Part shown: one piece after another, positions 18,408-27,074 of the stretch
Layout of the letters: every line of letters starts with the position of its first letter
Numbering within the stretch: position 1 is the first letter of the stretch
From: Deferribacterales bacterium
GTDB taxonomy: Bacteria > Chrysiogenota > Deferribacteres > Deferribacterales > Geovibrionaceae
Direction of reading: 5' to 3'
Assembly: GCA_050253335.1 (NCBI GenBank)
Contig: JBFWJG010000004.1
Coordinates: 8,462 to 72,461 of the forward strand
Length of the DNA stretch: 64,000 bases
Program-made: the position numbers and the translations under genes
The notes under the pieces: model-generated
Databases searched by the model: none
What the model was told of the DNA's origin: nothing
What the model saw: only the letters and a program-made list of their open reading frames with translations

Positions 18408-19589
18408 ATGGGAAAGAGAAGAACATCGGCTGAGATACTGAACAGCGTTTTTGAATCGGCTGACCAAAGCCTTAAAGCAAAATACAAAACAGAGGACGAA
18501 GTGCTGAACCTTGTTTTTGACCGGCAGTCCGGCAGGCTTAAAGTCGATCTGGAAGGGGGCGGTGGAAGCAAGCCTTACTCCAATCCCCTTGAAACATACG
18601 CCTCAACAGATCCTGCGGGGGTATTGGGCGGCGGACTGCTGTTCGGGAATCTGAGCGGCTCCAAGAAATGGATTGGCGGAGCTCTGGCGCAGAACGGGAA
18701 GGTTTACTGCGCGCCTAATGATGCCTCCCAGATACTTGAAATAGACCCTGTGACCCGTGAAACATCTCTCTTCGGCTCATTCAGCGGTTCCAATAAATGG
18801 ATTGGCGGCGCTCTTGCGCCAAATGGAAAGATATACTGCGCGCCTTATAATTCGCCTCAGGTTCTGGAGATTGACCCCGTGGCAAAGACGGGAACTCTCT
18901 TCGGAGCCCTGAGCGGTTCGTCCAAGTGGTACGGAGCCGTGCTTGCTCCCAACGGGAAAATATACTGTGCGCCTTATAATTCGACTCAGGTTCTGGAAAT
19001 TGATCCGGCGACACAGGGCACAAGGCTTTTCGGCAGTATAAACGGAGCAAGCAAATATGTCGGCGGTGTCCTCGCCCCTGACGGGAAGATATATTTTATC
19101 CCGCTTTCAGCAGGGCAGATTATGGTTCTTGACCCGACGGCAGACTCGGTGGAGTTCTTCGGCACACTGCCTGATGATGTGCTGTATAAATGGGCATCAG
19201 GCGCTCTTGCGCCAAACGGAAAGATATACTGCGCGCCGTATCAGGAAACACGGGTGCTTGAGATAGACCCTCTGACTCGTGAGACTGTTCTCTTCGGAGA
19301 ACTGAGTGCAGGGAGCGGGAAGTGGAGCGGCGGTGCTCTCGCGCCGGACGGCAGAATATATTTTGCTCCGCTTAATTCCTCTCAGATTCTCTCTGTTGAC
19401 CCTTCGTCAAGGGAAGCGAGCTTGTTCGGGAATGTCGGCGGTTCGGTGAATATGTTTGCGGGTGCGGTTGTTTCCCCGTCCGGCGGGGTAATTTTTGTTC
19501 CGAATTCATCGGCAAAGGTGCTTGAGATTCGTCAGGGCGCTCACGGCAGTCAGTGGTGGGCGCTGAACGCATACACCAATAAGTTTTAA
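18408..19589 (+). CDS. Seven-bladed beta-propeller protein (possible receptor-binding/adhesin)
   Basis: Seven ~42-aa repeats KW.GGALAPNGKIYCAPYNS.QVLEIDP; short N-terminal duplicated E.LN.VF motif. Confidence 0.8.
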   Translation: MGKRRTSAEILNSVFESADQSLKAKYKTEDEVLNLVFDRQSGRLKVDLEGGGGSKPYSNPLETYASTDPAGVLGGGLLFGNLSGSKKWIGGALAQNGKVYCAPNDASQILEIDPVTRETSLFGSFSGSNKWIGGALAPNGKIYCAPYNSPQVLEIDPVAKTGTLFGALSGSSKWYGAVLAPNGKIYCAPYNSTQVLEIDPATQGTRLFGSINGASKYVGGVLAPDGKIYFIPLSAGQIMVLDPTADSVEFFGTLPDDVLYKWASGALAPNGKIYCAPYQETRVLEIDPLTRETVLFGELSAGSGKWSGGALAPDGRIYFAPLNSSQILSVDPSSREASLFGNVGGSVNMFAGAVVSPSGGVIFVPNSSAKVLEIRQGAHGSQWWALNAYTNKF

Positions 19590-19597
19590 AGGGGCGG

Positions 19598-19876
19598 ATG
19601 ATGGAAGTTTTTGAAAAATGGCTTGAGAACCTTGCGGCCTCAATGACGGATGAAGAGATAAACGGGGCAATTGCGGCGCATCTGACGGCATATGACGATG
19701 ACGGGAATATAGTTTATGAGCCTTCGGCAGAGGATATTGAGGCAGTGCGGTTTGAGCATTATGCCGCGCTCCGCAGGGGTTCATACGGCTCATGGCAGGA
19801 ACAGCTTGATAAACAGTATGCCGGAACATGGGAAAGCCACGTGGCGGCAGTGAAGGCGAGGTTCGGGAAAATGTAA
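19598..19876 (+). CDS. Small phage hypothetical protein (fibre chaperone-like)
   Basis: 92 aa; LRR..Y.SW.EQLD.....W..HV.AVKARF motif typical of small proteins following fibre genes. Confidence 0.55.
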   Translation: MMEVFEKWLENLAASMTDEEINGAIAAHLTAYDDDGNIVYEPSAEDIEAVRFEHYAALRRGSYGSWQEQLDKQYAGTWESHVAAVKARFGKM

Positions 19877-19935
19877 AAAGGTCGCAAAATTGGTTGAACG
19901 CTGTAGTAAACTCCCGTTCTCGTCTCTCTGTAAAT

Positions 19936-19972
19936 AAAAAAGGCCTCTGATAAAAAATCAGAGGCCTTTTTT
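19936..19972. terminator. Bidirectional Rho-independent terminator
   Basis: AAAAAAGGCCTCTGAT-AAAAA-ATCAGAGGCCTTTTTT perfect hairpin between the phage operon and the convergent tRNA. Confidence 0.9.
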
Positions 19973-19975
19973 AAG

Positions 19976-20060
19976 TGCCGGGGGGGGGACTCGAACCCCC
20001 ACAGGATTAACTCCCACAGGATCCTTAGTCCTGCGTGTCTACCAATTCCACCACCTCGGC
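19976..20060 (-). tRNA. tRNA-Leu (anticodon AAG)
   Basis: Reverse complement GCCGAGG TG GTGGAATTGGTAGACAC G CAGGA-CTAAGGA-TCCTG, long variable arm, GGGGG-TTCGAGT-CCCCC, CCCCGGC A; no encoded CCA; A5-C68 mismatch. Confidence 0.93.
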
Positions 20061-20088
20061 GAGTTATAATCTCTCAAGCGAGAACGAA

Positions 20089-20117
20089 TTTTTATCAGCT
20101 TTATCCTTTCGTGTCAA
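20089..20117 (-). promoter_or_regulatory. Sigma70-type promoter of tRNA-Leu
   Basis: TTGACA-N17-TAAAAA on minus strand about 30 bp upstream of the tRNA. Confidence 0.55.
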
Positions 20118-20177
20118 CAATAAAATTTAAAAAAAATTTCAAATGCTTAAACCGTCTTTTTTACTTACAGACTTAAC

Positions 20178-20203
20178 AAAAAACCCCGCCTGAAAAGCGG
20201 GGT
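20178..20203 (-). terminator. Terminator after MCP-hemerythrin gene
   Basis: ACCCCGC-N7-GCGGGGT hairpin followed by T-run on minus strand. Confidence 0.75.
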
Positions 20204-20211
20204 CCGTGTTC

Positions 20212-21849
20212 TTATTTTTTATTCATTTTCGGAGCGAGGTGTCTGCTGTATTCCTTGTCCTCGTGCATTATATGGTTTTTCAGCCAGTCCTGCAGAAAGC
20301 TCATCAGGTTGAAGCCTATAACCTCTTTCCCTTTCTTGTAATTGTCAAGGAACTGCCCGACAGCTTCTTTCAGCTTGTCGTGGGATTTTATGTGGTTTGC
20401 GCTCTGGGGAAAGCCGTATTTCTGAAATGCTTTTTCCTCTGAGTCGAAGTGGTACACAGTGTATTCAACAAGCTCGTTCAGGGTGCGCTCAAGCATCTGT
20501 TTGCCTTTGTCCTGCCTGATAGCGTTGTAGAGGTTATTAATGATGCTCACAAGCTTCTTGTGCTGCTCGTCGAACTGGTGAACCCCTGTTTCAAGGCTTT
20601 TTGACCATTTGATGAACTCGTCCCCGCCGGATGTTTTGAACCCTGACACGCTCCCTGCAAGGCTTTTGGTTACATCCAGAAGGTTGCCGCCCGCTATGAC
20701 CGATTCGTTGGCCATGTGAAGGATGTTTGCCGACATATCAGAGATTTCCACCGTACTGCTGGAAACTTCTCCGAGGGCGAGGTTTTCCTCCTCCATGGCG
20801 CGCACTATGCCGTTAAGCTGGCTTGTGAGCTCGTTTATGCTTTCCGATATTATATTGATTGAGTTAACCGATTCTCCGGAGAACTCTATTCCTTTCTCAA
20901 CATTTTCCACACCTTCCTGAACCTTGCCGAAGACATCGTTAATCTTGTACTGAAGCTCCCTGATAACAGCGCCTATCTGCTCTGTGGAGTCTGTTGTTTT
21001 TCCGGCAAGCTTGCGCACTTCGTCCGCTACAACGGCAAAGCCTCTGCCGTGTTCGCCCGCTCTTGCCGCCTCGATTGCGGCGTTAAGGGCGAGAAGGTTG
21101 GTCTGATCCGCTATTTCCTTGATGGAAACGACAATATTCTCAATCTTTTCAGACTGCTTGAGAAATTCCTCCACCACCGCGGAGATAGAAGAGATGCTGG
21201 AGGATATGTTCTCCATGCTTTTGCGGTTGCTGTTTATAACGCTGATGCCGGACTTAACTCTCGCACTGCAGTCCTCAACAAGCTCGAATGAGACCTTGCA
21301 TGTGGAGAGAACGCTCTGCCCTGTTGAGGTGAGCTCTTCCGCCGCGCTTGAAACATTATTTACGTTGTCATTGATTATATTTATCTGCCCGTTCACTTCG
21401 GAGTTTACTGATGAGAGGTTGTCTGCGAGGCTTCTTATGTTGTTTGCCGCATGGTAAAACTCTGAAATTGTGTTATCGAGTTTATCCAGAAGCTCATTGA
21501 GCCCGCCGCCCAGCTCCTTCATCTCCCCCTGACATTCAGAAAGAGCGACTCTCTTTGTGAAATCCCCGCCGAGAGCGGCTTTCAGCGTGCCGGCGAATTC
21601 CCTCACACCGCTGCTTACTCTTCTGAACGCAGTAAAGGGTATTACAAATGCGAGAACAATAGAGGTGAATATGCATATAAGTGAAATGGTGAGGCCGGTG
21701 GAGGCGAGCTCCATTGCCCTTTCCGTTCCCTCTCCGCCGGGCATTATCTGCCTGAAGAAAAAATAGTTTTTGATGCCTACGAATCCTGCCGCTATGCCGG
21801 GTACGGCGGCAGCGATAATGAAAATGACGTGTTTTAATGAAAGGCGCAT
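20212..21849 (-). CDS. Methyl-accepting chemotaxis protein with C-terminal bacteriohemerythrin domain
   Basis: Two TM helices, [41 protein letters not shown]; Hr ligands in DEQHKKL, HFDSEE, HIKSH, HIMHED. Confidence 0.95.
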   Translation of the reverse strand: MRLSLKHVIFIIAAAVPGIAAGFVGIKNYFFFRQIMPGGEGTERAMELASTGLTISLICIFTSIVLAFVIPFTAFRRVSSGVREFAGTLKAALGGDFTKRVALSECQGEMKELGGGLNELLDKLDNTISEFYHAANNIRSLADNLSSVNSEVNGQINIINDNVNNVSSAAEELTSTGQSVLSTCKVSFELVEDCSARVKSGISVINSNRKSMENISSSISSISAVVEEFLKQSEKIENIVVSIKEIADQTNLLALNAAIEAARAGEHGRGFAVVADEVRKLAGKTTDSTEQIGAVIRELQYKINDVFGKVQEGVENVEKGIEFSGESVNSINIISESINELTSQLNGIVRAMEEENLALGEVSSSTVEISDMSANILHMANESVIAGGNLLDVTKSLAGSVSGFKTSGGDEFIKWSKSLETGVHQFDEQHKKLVSIINNLYNAIRQDKGKQMLERTLNELVEYTVYHFDSEEKAFQKYGFPQSANHIKSHDKLKEAVGQFLDNYKKGKEVIGFNLMSFLQDWLKNHIMHEDKEYSRHLAPKMNKK

Positions 21850-22047
21850 AAGATTGACCCCCGAATAATCTGCAGGCCTGAATAATGACAGTCTGTTCAG
21901 ATTTTTCTACAGCGTTTAAAAAGACAAATTAATATTGAAGCCAGGGCAGCCCGCACAGCGCAAACCGCTGGTGCGCTGTGCTAAAACCCCTAATCCTATC
22001 AGGATTATATATATAACTTAAATTGTTATGCCTAATTGTAATCTTTG

Positions 22048-23100
22048 TCAATTGAAAAAAGCTGCAAACTGCTCCGCAAAGTCAATATAATCATAGCTTT
22101 TACTGTAAATTTTGTAATCTCTTATACGGTTTTTGATCGACTGAACATCGCCTGCTTTGAAAATATTTGAGGGAGGGATGATCTCGGGGATTACGCCGAC
22201 ATCGGAACCAATTACAGGGATTCCGCAGGAGAGCATCTCCATTCCGACACGGCAGACAGCTTCGGAACCGAGGGAGGGTATGACCCCCAGATCCATGGCG
22301 CAGATTACTTCAGACACATCGTCTCTTTTGCCGGTGACGGCTGTTATGTCTCGTATTCCTCTGTCTTCCAGCATTATTTTGATATCTGATTCGCTCATTC
22401 GGGCATCAACACCCGCGACTATGAGGCGCAGATTGTCCATCCCTTCCTTTCTGAGTTCGCTCACTGCGCGGAACAGGGATTCATGCCCTTTAACCGTGTC
22501 GTATCTGCCGAGAATTCCCAGAACAAAATCGTTGTCCTTAAAACCGAATTCGCTCCTGACTCTCTGTCTGCCTTCCTGAGTGCAGGTGAAACGTTCTGTT
22601 TCAACTCCGCCGTAGAGGGTGACAGCTTTGGTGGGGCTGAGTTTGAGATTACCCAGATAAAACCTGCGCATGGCTTCCGACGAGGTTACCACCTTGTCCA
22701 CTGCGTTGTGGTAAAGCCAGCGGGAGAGGGCATCCGCCTTGGGGGGTCTGCGGTCGCCCCTCACCCTGACCAGCTTCCACTTCGGTTTTTCCCAGAAACG
22801 TATATGGGTGAAGTAGAAGAAAAACTCACCTCTGTGGCAGACAACCACATCGGGCTTAAATTCCTTGACAGCTTTTTTGAATACCGATGCGGAAAGAGCC
22901 ATTTTCAGGGGGTTCAGGCTGTTCAGTTCCGCTTCGTAGGTCTGAAGTCCCGCCTCTCTTGCCTTGATGACGGGAGGCGTGCCGGGCAGGCCGAGCACTG
23001 CTGTTTTGTGCCCAAGAGCCTCAAGCCCGAGAGAAAGCATGTGGGCGTACCACGCGGTGGCGTTGTACCACCTCACATTTATGACGTTCAGAACCTTCAT
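22048..23100 (-). CDS. Glycosyltransferase family 4 (GT-B)
   Basis: GRYDTVKGH, PSLGSEAVCRVGME...G.PVIGSDVG motif; directly downstream of ftsZ. Confidence 0.88.
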   Translation of the reverse strand: MKVLNVINVRWYNATAWYAHMLSLGLEALGHKTAVLGLPGTPPVIKAREAGLQTYEAELNSLNPLKMALSASVFKKAVKEFKPDVVVCHRGEFFFYFTHIRFWEKPKWKLVRVRGDRRPPKADALSRWLYHNAVDKVVTSSEAMRRFYLGNLKLSPTKAVTLYGGVETERFTCTQEGRQRVRSEFGFKDNDFVLGILGRYDTVKGHESLFRAVSELRKEGMDNLRLIVAGVDARMSESDIKIMLEDRGIRDITAVTGKRDDVSEVICAMDLGVIPSLGSEAVCRVGMEMLSCGIPVIGSDVGVIPEIIPPSNIFKAGDVQSIKNRIRDYKIYSKSYDYIDFAEQFAAFFN

Positions 23101-23115
23101 GAGCCGTGCTTTTCC

Positions 23116-24252
23116 TTAATCCTGCTGATACCTGAGATATGCCGGAATATCAAATTCCTCTTCCTTTGCATCGCTTACTGTTTTGAGAGAATGGTCTCTC
23201 TCGGTTATTTTCGCCACTTTCTCCTTAAAGCTGGAGACATGTTTGGGCTGTTTATTCAGAAAGCTTTCGAGATCGGGGCTCTTGGCCTGTTTCTTTTCCT
23301 TTTTGCCGAGACCTGTGGCGACAACGGTAACTCTGATGGAGCCGTTGAAGTTGGGGTCTATGACCACGCCTTCGTAAATGTTGGCGTTGTCTCCTGCGCA
23401 GTCATGTATTTTGGTGGCGATGTTCTGCACCTCATGCATTTTAAGATCTCTGCCGCAGGCTATGTTCACAAGCAGACCTTCCGCTCCGTTTATGCTGATA
23501 TCAGCGAGAAGGGGAGATTTAAGCGCGCGTTCCGCCGCCTCGATATCCCTGTTTTCGCCGGAGGCTTCGCCGATTCCCATGAGAGCCATGCCTTTAGACT
23601 CCATGATTGAGCGTATGTCCGCGAAATCCACGTTGATATAGCCGTTTCCGTTGATGGAGTCGCTGATACCCTGAACGCCCTGTCTGAGAACATCGTCAGC
23701 CATTCTGAACGCGTCCTCGAAGAGAGTGTTGTCCTTGCATTCCGCAGTGATTCTGTCGTTGGGAACCACAATGTAGGTATCAACGTGATTTTTCAGAAAC
23801 TCCAGGCCCTGCTCGGCGTTGCTGTTTCTCTTTTTTCCTTCCCATGAGAAGGGTTTGGAAACAACAGCCACTGTGAGCGCACCGAGTTCCTTCGCCACGC
23901 TGGCGATAACCGGAGCTGCGCCCGTGCCTGTTCCGCCGCCCATTCCGGCGGCTATGAATACAAGATCTGCTCCTCTGAGCTGAGCTTCTATAGCCTCTAA
24001 ATCCTCAATGGCGGCTTTTTTCCCCTGTTCGGGTATTCCGCCTGCGCCGAGCCCTTTGGTCAGCGTTGTACCGAGCTGGATTTTGTTCGGAGCTTTATTG
24101 CTGCGCAGCGCCTGCTGGTCAGTGTTTGCCGCGATAAATTCCACGCCTTCGATACCGTGTTCGATCATGTTGTTGATTGCGTTTCCGCCTGCTCCGCCGA
24201 CGCCGATCACTTTGATGCACGCGCCCTGCTTGACATCTACGAATTCAAACAT
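23116..24252 (-). CDS. ftsZ: Cell division protein FtsZ
   Basis: [30 protein letters not shown]-terminal DIPAYLR. Confidence 0.99.
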   Translation of the reverse strand: MFEFVDVKQGACIKVIGVGGAGGNAINNMIEHGIEGVEFIAANTDQQALRSNKAPNKIQLGTTLTKGLGAGGIPEQGKKAAIEDLEAIEAQLRGADLVFIAAGMGGGTGTGAAPVIASVAKELGALTVAVVSKPFSWEGKKRNSNAEQGLEFLKNHVDTYIVVPNDRITAECKDNTLFEDAFRMADDVLRQGVQGISDSINGNGYINVDFADIRSIMESKGMALMGIGEASGENRDIEAAERALKSPLLADISINGAEGLLVNIACGRDLKMHEVQNIATKIHDCAGDNANIYEGVVIDPNFNGSIRVTVVATGLGKKEKKQAKSPDLESFLNKQPKHVSSFKEKVAKITERDHSLKTVSDAKEEEFDIPAYLRYQQD

Positions 24253-24270
24253 ACAAACCCCCTGATATGC

Positions 24271-25506
24271 TTAAAAGAACTCTTTTAACCATCCTTTCAT
24301 TCTTTGAAAAATACTTCCGAAAACCTTTTCCTCGCTGCCTCTTGAAAGCTTGGCGCCCGCCTTCCCTTTTCTGGTGGCGTATATGGCAAGCCCAACGGCA
24401 GTGGCATATCTCGGGTCTGAAACCAGATCCGTGAGTCCGCCTATATTTGTGGGTCTTCCGACCCTTACCGGCGTATTGAAAACATTCGTGGCAAGCTCTT
24501 CGATCCCTTCGAAGTTGCTTAAACCGCCCGTAACCACTATTCCCGCGCCCATGAGCTCAAGGAGCTTGTGCTTCTGGAGTTCGCCCTTGAACATCTGGAA
24601 GATCTCCTCGCCTCTGGCCTGAAGAATCTGCGTGAGGACGGGTTTGCTTATCTTGCGTGGAGGTCTGCCGCCCACTGTGGTAACGTTTACCATTTCATCA
24701 TCGGACACCATGGGCATCCACACGCATCCGTGCTTGATCTTGAGCCTTTCGGCTTCTGATTCCGGCGTGCTCAGACCAATGGAGAGATCCTTGGTGAAGT
24801 GGTTGCCGCCTATCTGGAGGATTGCGGTGTGGTATACCGCTCCCTGCTTGTAGACTGCCATGTCGCAGGTTCCGCCGCCTCCGTCAATGAGGCAGACGCC
24901 TATCTCCATTTCGTCCTCGTTGAGGACAGCCTTTGCGGAGGCGAACTGCTCAAGTATTATATCATCAACCACCAGTCCTGCCTTTTCGCAGCATTTTACA
25001 ATGTTGGTGGCGGAAGAAACCTGTCCGGTGACAATGTGCACATCCACTTCAAGCCTGACGCCGCTCATGCCCACCGGATATTTTATTTCTGTCTGGCCGT
25101 CCAGTATGTACTGCTGAGGGATGACATCCAGTATCTCCTCGCCGAGCTGCATATTGTAAGCGGAGGCGGACTCTATGACCCTGTCCACATCCTGCTGGGT
25201 GACTTCCTTGTTTTTTACCGCGATCGTGCCTCTGGTGTTGAAGCTTTTTATATGTCCGCTGGCAAGGCCTGCGGTAACGCTTTTGATCTCAACGCCGGAC
25301 ATTCTTTCAGCCTCTTCCTTGGCTTTCTGAATGCAGGCCACGGTCTCTTCTATATTGACGACCACGCCTTTGCGGACGCCTTTTGAGGGAACACTGCTAA
25401 TACCCAGAATGTCTATACTTCTGTCAGCGTTCTTTCTGGCAACGACAATGCAGACTTTTGTCGTTCCAAGGTCAAGTCCGACATAAATATTGTTATCCTG
25501 AGACAT
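24271..25506 (-). CDS. ftsA: Cell division protein FtsA
   Basis: GLDLGTTKV, P.GMSGVRLE, GVCLID.GGGT, YATAVGL, amphipathic C-terminus. Confidence 0.97.
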   Translation of the reverse strand: MSQDNNIYVGLDLGTTKVCIVVARKNADRSIDILGISSVPSKGVRKGVVVNIEETVACIQKAKEEAERMSGVEIKSVTAGLASGHIKSFNTRGTIAVKNKEVTQQDVDRVIESASAYNMQLGEEILDVIPQQYILDGQTEIKYPVGMSGVRLEVDVHIVTGQVSSATNIVKCCEKAGLVVDDIILEQFASAKAVLNEDEMEIGVCLIDGGGGTCDMAVYKQGAVYHTAILQIGGNHFTKDLSIGLSTPESEAERLKIKHGCVWMPMVSDDEMVNVTTVGGRPPRKISKPVLTQILQARGEEIFQMFKGELQKHKLLELMGAGIVVTGGLSNFEGIEELATNVFNTPVRVGRPTNIGGLTDLVSDPRYATAVGLAIYATRKGKAGAKLSRGSEEKVFGSIFQRMKGWLKEFF

Positions 25507-26182
25507 TTTTCACCCCGTTCACGTATATTTTTCCGCGCAGCCTCATGTCGACATAGTCCACCCGGGCGTATCTGCCGCTTATCCTGCTGTTGTAAATCCT
25601 GAACATATCGGTTATGCCTTCGTCATAGCCGCATTTGTACAGAACTCCGTCCACCACAAGCTCAAAGTGCATGGGTTTAAGCAGGGCACGGCTGCCGTGT
25701 ATTTCCGGTGTCTTGTCGTATATTTTAAGGAAACTGACCAGCTGCTCTTTCTCTGTTCCCTTGTACATTACAGTTTCGCTTCCGGAACATTTGTCCGGTA
25801 TGAGCGTGCCGCTCGCCGCCGCTATGAAGCATTCTTTTCCTATCCGCACGGGAGCGATGGGTCTTTCTTCAAAAATTATGACCTTTACCGTATCGGGGAA
25901 GATCTTTTTGATTTCTATTTTCTCAACCCATATGTCATCTATACGGGGAAGCTTTTTTTCTTCGAGTTCAAACATATTTCTTCCGGCAAGGGCTCTGGCG
26001 AAAGTGTCCACCTTTTCCCTGTCGGTGCGGATAACACCCTGAACGTTTACGGTTTTCACGAGGAAATATTTGCTTCCTCCTGTCATTTTGACGACTCCCG
26101 CCGCTGCCCAGACGACACCGCCTGTCAGAATTGCAAAAACCGCCGCAATAAGGGCTGCCTTGAGAAAACCGCTCTTTTTCAT
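25493..26182 (-). CDS. ftsQ: Cell division protein FtsQ/DivIB
   Basis: Single TM, POTRA-like WV..I.I.KIFPD.V.V.I.E..P, YVDMR; between ddl and ftsA. Confidence 0.8.
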   Translation of the reverse strand: MKKSGFLKAALIAAVFAILTGGVVWAAAGVVKMTGGSKYFLVKTVNVQGVIRTDREKVDTFARALAGRNMFELEEKKLPRIDDIWVEKIEIKKIFPDTVKVIIFEERPIAPVRIGKECFIAAASGTLIPDKCSGSETVMYKGTEKEQLVSFLKIYDKTPEIHGSRALLKPMHFELVVDGVLYKCGYDEGITDMFRIYNSRISGRYARVDYVDMRLRGKIYVNGVKNVSG

Positions 26183-26186
26183 AGTA

Positions 26187-27074
26187 TTACCTCAGCGCAT
26201 CGCCTATCATAGCCGTTACGAGTTCGGGAAAGCTTATTCCCGTTTTTGCCGCCGCCTGAGGAAGAAGGCTTGTCTCCGTGAGGCCGGGGAGGGTGTTAAT
26301 CTCCAGAACCCACGGTGTTCTGCCGTCGTACATTATGTCCACTCTTCCGTACGAGGCACATCCCAGACTCTCAAAAGCCTGCAAAGCAGTGCTTTTTATC
26401 AGTCTGTCCTCGTCTTCGGTCAGCTCAGTTTCAAATACATACTCGGTTGCCCCTTTGGTGTATTTGGACTGATAGTCGTAAAAACCTGATTTAGGTCTTA
26501 TCCATATTATCGGCAATACTTTAGAAGACAATATGCCTATTGTTAGTTCTTTTCCGTTTATGAAGCGTTCGGCTATTACTCTTTCGTCATATTCAAACGC
26601 CTCTTTTTTCCCTTTTTCAAACTCTTCTTCTGTTCTAGCAACTGTAATGCCTATGGTTGAGCCCTGTCGGCACGGCTTTATCACGCAGGGGAGAAAGGGA
26701 GCTTTTGTATCTCTCGTGAGCTGAGCATATTCGGGCGTGGGCACATTGTTCAGCGCGAAGATCACCTTGCTCAGGAGCTTGTCGAAGGCGATTGTGCTTG
26801 ACTGGCTGTCTGAGCCTGTGCAGGGGATGTTCATGAGCTCAAGCATCCCCTGAATGCGTCCGTCCTCGCCGAATGTTCCGTGGAGGCTGTTGAAGCAGAC
26901 ATCAGGCCTGAGTTCAAGCAGACGCGCGGGCAGGTCGTGTCCTGCGTCAATGAGAGTCACATCAGTGAATCCCGCTTCCTGCAATGCCTTCGCCGCCGCT
27001 GATCCGCTTCTTAGTGAAACTTCCCTTTCCGCGGACAGTCCGCCGTAGAGCACGGCGATTTTTTTATTTTTCAT
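26187..27074 (-). CDS. ddl: D-alanine--D-alanine ligase
   Basis: VLYGG.SAEREVSL.SG, LHG.FGEDG, FYDY.SKY, LEINTLPGLT.TSL.P. Confidence 0.97.
   Translation of the reverse strand: MKNKKIAVLYGGLSAEREVSLRSGSAAAKALQEAGFTDVTLIDAGHDLPARLLELRPDVCFNSLHGTFGEDGRIQGMLELMNIPCTGSDSQSSTIAFDKLLSKVIFALNNVPTPEYAQLTRDTKAPFLPCVIKPCRQGSTIGITVARTEEEFEKGKKEAFEYDERVIAERFINGKELTIGILSSKVLPIIWIRPKSGFYDYQSKYTKGATEYVFETELTEDEDRLIKSTALQAFESLGCASYGRVDIMYDGRTPWVLEINTLPGLTETSLLPQAAAKTGISFPELVTAMIGDALR

Larger units (their letters stand above)
8171..19876 (+). mobile_element. Phage-derived structural and lysis operon (defective prophage or domesticated GTA-like element)
   Basis: 17 tightly packed co-directional ORFs with head, neck, tail-tip and lysis genes; abuts 3' end of a tRNA-Leu; no integrase, terminase, portal, tail tube or tape measure recognised. 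Confidence 0.85.

Noticed and set aside
18660..19530. Diversity-generating retroelement template/variable repeats
   Set aside because: Repeats are in-frame propeller blades, differences are not adenine-specific by eye, and no reverse transcriptase is in the window
8171..19876. Complete inducible prophage, tailocin/eCIS, encapsulin or capsid-forming PICI
   Set aside because: No integrase, replication, terminase or portal (not a prophage or cf-PICI); no sheath/tube and a capsid is present (not tailocin/eCIS); protease, decoration, neck and tip genes argue against a simple encapsulin
21930..22000. c-di-GMP riboswitch before the chemoreceptor
   Set aside because: GCAAAC-like text is on the non-coding strand and the GNRA/receptor two-stem architecture is absent
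22483..23610. Long antisense ORFs (375 aa here; also 35904-36977, 27208-28089, 3563-4471, 60319-61203)
   Set aside because: Shadow frames opposite well-conserved genes, with no recognisable motifs
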